Shown: positions 56,191 to 64,000 of the stretch, piece by piece
Position numbering within the stretch: the stretch's first letter is position 1
How the letters are laid out: the number at the start of each line of letters is the position of its first letter
DNA from: the human T2T-CHM13v2.0 reference genome, Homo sapiens
Length of the DNA stretch: 64,000 nucleotides
Assembly: GCA_009914755.4 (NCBI GenBank)
Contig: CP068257.2
Location: 15,232,001-15,296,000 of the forward strand
Direction of reading: 5' to 3'
Translations under genes and position numbers: made by a program
Notes under the pieces: generated by a model
The model's database searches: none
Told to the model about the DNA's origin: nothing
The model's input: only the letters and a program-made list of their open reading frames with translations

Positions 56191-58639
56191 TAAAGGATTA
56201 AGATGATAGTCAGGCCACAGCTCTGCTCACTCCCCAGCACCACTGAATCTGAATCTTCAGTTTAATAGGAGTCACAGATAATTCATATGCACGTCAAAAT
56301 TTGAGAAGCACTGACCAAGACTATATCAGATAGGTGAGCAAATACAACACAGCCTTGAGGCAAAACAAGATAAGTACCTTTTTGTCCCTACTATATAAAT
56401 ATTCTCATTCCATAGATAAAAGTCCCATTCCTTCCCCAGCAATGTCCTTATCTTAGTGTGAAATACTTAGCAAGGTTAAGTATTTCATTGATGTTTACAG
56501 TAAACCCTTGTTTGTCTTTAGTATTATATCCTCTGTGAATCTGTGAGATGAAGGATTCCTTCAAAACTGCCAATGGGCCTTCTCCACAGAAATTTGTAGT
56601 TGTTCATAGCTCATACTTTTGCTTTTCCTATGTGCACATCTCTAGGACTATAAACCAAATCCAGGGACCCTCCCCCCAACCAAAACATTGTATAATTACT
56701 ATTGTTTTCATAGCTACCAAGTGCCACAGCCACTTGCTCTCCCTCCGTGTGCCATCTAGTAATTTGATTTGGCTAATTATAATGCCACACTATGCCATGG
56801 ATTACCCATGCACCATCCCCTTTAGCAATGCGTTATTATCCCTGTGTTCTTTGCATGTATGAGTGATTTCTCTCTAGAATTCCATTTTGAGGATCAGTTT
56901 CCTAGGGCCATTTACCAATTACTATATTAGTCAAGACCAAGCATAGCAAACTTAAACCTCAGTACAGTCGCAGGAAGAAACACACAAACAAGACTCAGAT
57001 TATTTTGAGGATTGAATAAAGGGAAAGCACAATGGGATACCACCTTACTCCAGGCCTAATTACAACAGGCCGGTTACCACCTCTGGATAAAACTTGGGGG
57101 AAGGAAGTAGAATTGTTATCAGACTCCGGAAGTGGAGAGGGTTATAAACAAGACCACCTTGAAAAGATGGGTAATTTTTAGTTAAAGGTCATAGTGAGCC
57201 AGAGGCACTAGAGAGGGAGCTGGAGAAAAAATATCCTGAATCTTCAATCCTCTCTCCCTCTTATCCACTTCAGAAACTTCCCATTGGCTCAACACAAGAA
57301 GCTAGTAGATAAGAAAACCCATTGAAGTAAGTCACTTGGAGCAGAGAATAGAATGCAAAAAAAAAAAAAAAAAAAAATGGAGACTAGAGCTAGAGGGACA
57401 AATGTAACCACCCAGTGCATCGCAATTCAATATTCACATTATAATAAGAAATATGAATGCCAAAGGTAGAAGAGCCTTAAATATTCTGCAGACTATTTTC
57501 TACCAGAAGGCAAATTATCACAGGAAAGGGAATTATAATCAGAAATTTGCTTGGTGAAAAGAGCAAAAGCACAAGAACGTTAATTAGATTAATTTAATGG
57601 TTATTAATAAGTTATAATAACCTAATGTACTCATCTTTACTATAGTGACATTCTTCACTCATTTTTTCACGATCAATTTGAATTTCTATATACCAAGCCA
57701 TATACTTGGCATTGGAAACACAAAGAAGATTAAAACATTGTCTATGTCTCCAAGAAGCTCACAGCTCTAGTGGGAAAGCAGACACAGAGAATATAATTCA
57801 CTATAACACATATTACGTCAGAGATAAGCACAAAGTTCATAAAATCTCAAAATGAGGGTACTTAGGCAGACTAATGGATCAAGGACATTTCTCAGCAGGG
57901 ATTATTTGTGCAGTGTTAAGGATTAGTAGGTGTTAACTAAGAAAGAAGCATGAGAAACATATTCAGGAGAAACATTATCTACAGAAATAGTAGGGAATGC
58001 ATAGAAAATTGCATGTATCAGCCCAGTATGTCTGGGATGTATCTAAAATACACAGTAGGATCAAAATAACTATAGCCATGTACTCAGGGACAAAATTATG
58101 CCAAGGTTTTTACATATTAACAAATTTATACTTTACCCAGGAGTGAATAAGAAGCTATAGAAAAATGTAAAACTTTGGAATAGACTGAATCCTGAAAAAA
58201 CAGTCATCTACTAATTAGCTACTCTCCTTCCTAGATCGTGTTAAAGACATCCTAGCAAATCCTGGTGCTTCAGGCTCCACTTTTTTAGGCATTAAGCTAA
58301 TGACTACCCTTCTACCTATAGGTTTGTGCTTCTGACAGTGGTCAACTAACTTAGGTCCAATTTTCTATGTTAAAATCAGATTCCAAATTTTCCTAAGTCG
58401 CATTAACTAAAAATGGATATCCAAGAACTCTTCAGTCACATATTTATGTATGATTTCCATACATAAATATTTATGTATGTCAGTTATTTATATAGTAGCT
58501 CATCCCAAGAAGATTTTTCATGAATTTTATTCTTAGGTAATGGTAATATCTTTTGGGTTTAGAATTTAATTGCCGTTATTCTTAGACCTTCGTGAATTGT
58601 TTTAATTGAAATATAATAGACATACATATCTTGAAGGCA

Positions 58640-59895
58640 CATGTAATAATTTATACATTCATATATGTGTAAAGATCAAATCAACATAATTGGGATATCC
58701 ATTATGTTAAATATTTATCTTTTCTTTATGTTAGAAAGATTCAAATTATTCACTGCTAGCTATTTTGAAATGTGCTATTTTGATTATTGTTAACTATAGT
58801 CACCCTATTGATTAATCTACAGAACAGTAGCTCTCATTTCTTTCATTTAACTGTATATTTGTACCCGTTAATCAACCTCTATTCACCACCCCCACTCCTT
58901 TACTCACCCTAGAGTCAGGTAATCACCAGTCTACTCTCTGTCTTTGTGAGATTCACTTTTTTAGCTCCCATATGTGAGTCAGAATATGTGATATTTGTCT
59001 TTCTATGTGTGGCTTATTTCATTTAACATAATGACATTTAGTTCCATGCATGTTGCCGTAAATGTCAGGAATTTATTCATTTTATGGCTGAATAATATTT
59101 CTCTGTGAATGTATATCACACTTTATTCATGCATTCTCTGTTGGGTAGTAAAGTTAATTCCATGTCTTGGTGATTGTGAGTAGTGCTGCAATAAACATGG
59201 GAGTGCAGACATTTCTTTGATACATTGATCTTCCTTTTTTATTTTTATTTTTTTTTTCCATGACAGAGTCTCACTCTGTCGCCCAAACTGGAGTGCAGTG
59301 TTGTCATCTGGGGTTGCTGCAACCTCCACTTCCTGGGTTCAAGTGATTCTTGTGCCTCAGCCTCCAGAGTGGTGGGGATTACAGGCACGCACCACCATGC
59401 CCAGCTAATTTTTGTATTTTTAGTAGAGAAAGGGTTTTTGCCATGTTGCCCAGGGTGGTCTCGAACTCCTGGCCTCAAGTGATCTGCCCCCTCAGCCTCT
59501 CAAAGTGCTGGGATTACAGGCGTGAACCTCTGCGTCTGGCCAGATTTTCTTTCTTTTGGATGTACACTCAGCAGTGGGATTGCTGGATCGTATGATAAAC
59601 GTATTTTTAGTTTTTTGAGGAATTTGTGTAAAGTTTTTTATACTAGTGGCACTAATTTACATTCCCATCAACAGTGTCCAAGAGATTTTCTTTCTCAACA
59701 TCCTCATCACCATCTATTATTTTCTCTTTTTGATAAAAGCCATTTTAACTGAGGTAAGATGATATCTCATTGTGGTTTTGATTTGCATTTCTCTAATGAT
59801 TAGTGATATTGAGGATTTTTTCATATACCAGTTGGCCATTTGTATGTCTTTTTTGGAGAAATGTCCTTTCAAATCCTTTGGCCATTTCTATTTCT
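58640..59895 (-). mobile_element. Old L1 (L1PB/L1M-class) ORF2-end/3'-UTR region in antisense, split by a nested Alu at 59236-59541
   Basis: Antisense L1 landmarks: …gattattgttaactatagtcaccctattg…ttagctcccatatgtgagtcagaatatgtgatatttgtctttctatgtgtggcttatttcatttaacataatgacatttagttccatgcatgttgccgtaaatgtcaggaatttattcattttatggctgaataatatttc…agtgctgcaataaacatgggagtgcagacatttctttgatac… Resumes after the Alu: …atgtacactcagcagtgggattgctggatcgtatgataaacgtatttttagttttttgaggaatttgtgtaaagttttttatactagtggcactaatttacattcccatcaacagtgtccaagag…gatatctcattgtggttttgatttgcatttctctaatgattagtgatattgaggattttttcatataccagttggccatttgtatgtctttttt. Confidence 0.7.
59236..59541 (-). mobile_element. Alu element, minus strand, nested in the old L1
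   Basis: ttttttatttttattttttttttccatgacagagtctcactctgtcgcccaaactggagtgcagtg…cctcagcctctcaaagtgctgggattacaggcgtgaacctctgcgtctggcc. Confidence 0.9.
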
Positions 59896-62800
59896 ATTTT
59901 TATTTATTTATTATACTTCAAGTTCTGGGATACATCTGCAGAACGTGCAGGTTTGTTACATAGGTATACATGTGCCATGGTGGTTTGCTGCACCCATCAA
60001 CCCATCATCTACATTAGGTATTTCACTTAATGCTATCCCTCCCCTTGCCCCCACCCCTCGACAGGCCCTCTGTGTGACTTTCCCCTCCCTGTTTCCATGT
60101 GTTCTCATTGTTCAACTCCCACTTATGAGTGAGAACATGCGGTGTTTGGTTTTCTACTCCTGTGTTAGTTTGCTGAGAATGGTTTCCAGCTTCATCCATG
60201 TCCCTGCAAAGGACATGAACTCATCCTTTTTTATGGCTGCATAGTATTCCATGGTGTATATATAGCACATTTTCTTTATCCAGTCTATCATTGATGGGCA
60301 TTTGGGTTGGTTCAAAGTCTTTGCTGTTGTGAATAGTGCTGCAATAAACATGCCTGTGCATGTGTCTTTATAGTAGAATGATTTATAATCCTTTGGATAT
60401 ATACCCAGTAATGAGATTGCTGGGTCAAATGGTATTTCTAGTTCTAGATCCTTGAGGAATCTAATTCCACTGTCTTCCACAATGGTTAAACTAATTTACA
60501 CTCCCAATAACAGTGTAAAAGTGTTCCTATTTCTCCACATCCTCTCCAGTATCTGTTGTTTCCTGGCTTTATTTTTTTTTGAAATTTTTTGAGATGCCAA
60601 CTCACTCTGTCACCAAGGCTGAGTTCAATGGCACGATTTCAACTCACTACAATATCTGCTCCAGACTCAAGTGATCCTCATGCCTCAGCCTCTCAAATAG
60701 CTGGGACTACAGGTGTAATACCACGACCAGCTAATTTTTGTTATTTTTAGTAGAGAGGGTGGTTTTGCCGTGTTTGGCTAGTCTGGAACTCCTGGGCTCA
60801 AATGATCCACCCACCTTGGCCTCCCAAAGTGCTGGGATTACAGACATGAGCCACTGTGCCCAGCCCCTTTGCCCATTTTTAACTGGATTGTTTGGTTTTT
60901 GTTTGTTTGTTTTGCTATTGAGTTTGAGGTCCTCATATATTCTGGTTAATTTCTTGTCACATGGATAGTTTGCAGATATTTTCTCCCATCCTGTTTGTTG
61001 TCTCTTCACTCTGTTGCTTGTTTCTTTTGCTAGGCAGAAGCTTTTTAGCTTGATATAATCCCATTTGTCTATTTTCTTGGTTGCCTGTGCTTTTGAGGTC
61101 TTATACACACAAAAAATTTGCCCATACCTATGTCCTGGAGCATTTCTCCTATGTTTTCTTCTAGTAGTTTCGTAGCTTCAGGTTTTAGATTTAAGTCTTT
61201 AATTTATTTTGAGTTGATTTTCATATATGGTGAGAGGTAGGGGTCTAGTTTCATTCTTCTGCATATGGATATACAGTTTTCTTCATAACCATTTATTGAT
61301 GAGACTGTCCTTTCCCCATTTTATATTCTTGGTGACTTTGTTGTGGATGACTTGACTATAAATGCCTGGATTTACATCTAGGATCTCTATTATTTTCCAT
61401 TAGTCTATGTGTTTGTTTTTAATGCAAATATCAGGCTGATATCATCACTACAGCTTTGTAGTATGTTTTGAAGTCAAGTATTGTGATGCTTCCAGCTTTG
61501 TTCTCTTTGCTCAGAATTACTTTGGCTATCATGGGTCTTTGTGGTTCCATATAAATATTATTTTTTTCTAGTTCTAAGAAGAATGCTGTTGGTATTTTGA
61601 CAGAGATTGCACCAGGTAGTATTATAATTTTAACAATATTAGTTCTTCCAATTCATGAGCATGGAATATCTTTCCATTTTTCATGTGTCTTCTTCAATTT
61701 TTGTATTAGTGTTTTATTATTTTTCTTGTATATATTTTTTACTTCTTTAGTTAAATTGATTCTTAGGTATTTTACATACTTTTTAGCTATATTAAGTGAG
61801 ATTGCTTTCTTGATTTCCTTATCAGATTGTTTGCTATTGCTGTATATAAATGCTACTGATTTTTATATGTTGATTTTGAGTGCTGCAACTTTATAAATTA
61901 ACTTATTAGTTCTAACTTTTTTTTGACAGAGTATTTAAGTTTTTCTAAGTATAAGATCATGTTGCCTGTGAACAAGGCTAATTTGATTTCTTCCTTTCCA
62001 ATCTGGATGCCCTGTACGTCTTTTAGTTGTCTGATTGCTCTGGCCAGGACTTCCAGTCTTATATTGGATAATACGTTGAAAAGTGGTGAAAGGGCACAAC
62101 CTGGTCTTGTTCCTGCTTTTACAGAAAAGGCTTTCAATTTTTCCTTACTCAGTATGATGTTAGTAGTGGGTTTGTCATGCATGGCCTTTATTATTTTGAG
62201 ATATATTCGTTCTACACCCAGTTTGTTGAGGGTATTTATTATGAATTTGAGTTTTACTGAACACTTTTTAAACATCTATTGAAATATCATGTGGTTTTGG
62301 GGTTTTGTTCTGTTAATGTGGTGTTTCATACTTATTGATTTTTGTTTGTTGAATTATCCTCGCATCCCTGGGATGAATCACACATGATAATGGTGAATGA
62401 TCTTTTTAATGTGATGTTGAATTTAATTTGCCAGTATTTTGTTGAGGATTTTTGCATCTTGTTTCTAAGTGATATTGGCCTGTAGTTTTCTCTATTGTTG
62501 TGTCCTTGTCTGATTTTGTTATCACAGTAATCCTGTCCTTGTAGAATGAATTTGGAAGTATTCCATTCTCTTCAATATTTTTGAAGACTTTGAGGATAAA
62601 TGGCATTAATTATTTTTTAAATATTTGGTAGAATTTGGCAGTGAATCTATCAGGTCCAGGGATTCTCTTTGATAGAATAATTTTTATTACAGCTTTGATA
62701 TTGTTACTCATTATTGGATTGTTGCAATTTCATGCTTCTTTGTGGTTCAATCTTGGGTGCTTGTATGTGTCCAGGAATTTATCCATTTTCTCTAGGTTTT

Positions 62801-64000
62801 CCCATTTTTTGGCATATAATTATTTGTAATAATTTTTAATGATTCTTTGTATTTCTGTTGTCTCAGTTGGTATGTGTCGTTTTTTATTTCTGATTTATTT
62901 CAGTCTTCTCATTTTTTATTAGTCTACCTCAGGGTTTGTTAATTTTGTTAATCTTTTCAAAAAATCCAACTTCTTTTTATTTTGATCTTGTGTATTATTT
63001 TAGTCTCAATCTCATTTATTTCTTCTCTAATCCTTATTATTTCATTTCTCCTACTAATTAGGTGTTTGGTTTGTTCTTGCTTGTCTACTTCCTTAGCGTG
63101 CATCATTTGGTTGTTCATTCTAAGTATTTTTACTTTTTTCTATATAGGCATTTATTGCTATAAACTCTCCTCTCTGAACTGCTTTTGCTGTATCCCATAG
63201 ATTTTGGTACGTTATATTTCCATTTTCATTTGTTTCAAAATTTTTTAGAACTTCCTTCTTAGTATTTTTTTTTGACCAATAGTCATCTAGGAGCGTGTTT
63301 TTAAATTTCCACGTTTGTGTAATTTCCAAGGTTCTGCTTCTCCACTGATCTCTGGTTTTATCACTGTGGTCAGAAAAGACACTAATATGATTTCTACTTG
63401 TTGAGACTCATTTTGTGGTCTAAGAGATTATTTATTCTTGAGAATGTTTCATGTGCTGATGAAAAGAATGTGTATTCTGTAGCTGTTGGGTGAAATATTC
63501 TGTAAATGTCGGTTAGACTTCTTTGGTCATATGTGAAGTTTTTAACTCATATTTCTTTGTTGATTTTCTGTCTGAGTGATATGTCTGTAACTGAGAATGG
63601 GGTGTTGAAGTCTCTTACTGTTATTGTATAGCACTCTATCTCTCCCTTTAGATCTATTAATGCTTGCTTTATATACTTGGGTGCTCTGGTGTTAGGTGCA
63701 TATATATTTACAATTGTTATATTCTCTCACTGAATTGACCCCTTTATCATTATTGAGTAGGATTCTTTATATCTTTGTATCTTTTTACAGTCTTTGACTT
63801 GTAGTTTATTTTATTTGATCTACAAATAGTTATTCCTGCTCTTTTTTGGTTTCCGGTTGCATGGAAACCAATCTTTCTCCACCTCTTCACTCTCAGTCTG
63901 TGCGTGTCTTTATAGGTAAAGTGGGCTTCTTATAGGCAGCATATAGTTGGGTCTTGTTTTTTTTTTTTTTTTGCTTTTGTTTTTGTTTTTTACCCATTCT
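59896..64000 (-). mobile_element. L1PA-class LINE-1 in antisense orientation (3' UTR, ORF2 and beyond), running off the 3' end of the window. It carries a nested Alu at 60566-60866 that replaces about 170 bp of L1
   Basis: Begins with the antisense L1 3' end tatttttatttatttattatacttcaagttctgggatacatctgcagaacgtgcaggtttgttacataggtatacatgtgccatggtggtttgctgcacccatcaacc…ctatccctcccc… It stays collinear with antisense L1 through …ccacaatggttaaactaatttacactcccaataacagtgtaaaagtgttcctatttctccacatcctctccag…, …gatagtttgcagatattttctcccatcctgtttgttgtctcttcac…, …gagcatggaatatctttccatttttcatgtgtcttcttc… and …ccaaggttctgcttctccactgatctctggttttatcactgtggtcagaaaag… up to position 64000. Confidence 0.88.
60566..60866 (-). 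mobile_element. Alu element, minus strand, nested in the antisense L1
   Basis: ggctttatttttttttgaaattttttgagatgccaactcactctgtcaccaaggctgagttcaatggcacgatttcaactcactacaatatctgctcc…cctcccaaagtgctgggattacagacatgagccactgtgcccagcc. Flanking L1 sequence jumps from …gttgtttcctg to ctttgcccatttttaactgg…. Confidence 0.9.

Overview
This window is primate (human-type) nuclear genomic DNA, AT-rich and gene-poor, and it consists almost entirely of transposable-element fossils. I find no prokaryotic-style gene system, no CRISPR array, no rRNA or tRNA gene, and no host protein-coding exon that I can support from sequence alone. Nearly all ORFs in the supplied six-frame track are decayed L1 ORF1/ORF2 or HERV-H gag/pro/pol fragments, or chance ORFs in low-complexity DNA.

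The dominant structure is two HERV-H (RTVL-H type) proviruses in the same orientation about 16 kb apart, at 15074-21106 and 36992-42764. Each has LTR7 long terminal repeats beginning TGTCAGGCCTCTGAGCCCAAGC, a tRNA-His primer-binding site immediately after the 5' LTR, a polypurine tract before the 3' LTR, and its own intact 5-bp target-site duplication (CTTAT and TTGAG). The different duplications and roughly 10% internal divergence indicate independent integrations rather than a segmental duplication.

Other content:
- A near-full-length, decayed L1 on the + strand (about 2265-7812) with a complete Alu directly upstream.
- Several further L1 pieces, including an L1 on the - strand that runs off the 3' end of the window.
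- About eleven Alu or Alu-monomer copies, several nested inside L1s.
- MaLR-type LTR fossils (one with an internal 114-bp tandem duplication) and two hAT-type DNA-transposon fossils.
- CA/TG and GAAT microsatellites.

The most interesting observations concern the pair of HERV-H proviruses. Their 5' LTRs share variants with each other, and so do their 3' LTRs, which hints at gene conversion between the two copies. Provirus 2 retains a perfect primer-binding site and an apparently complete LTR7 promoter architecture. Both carry a variable 21-nt-periodic internal minisatellite.
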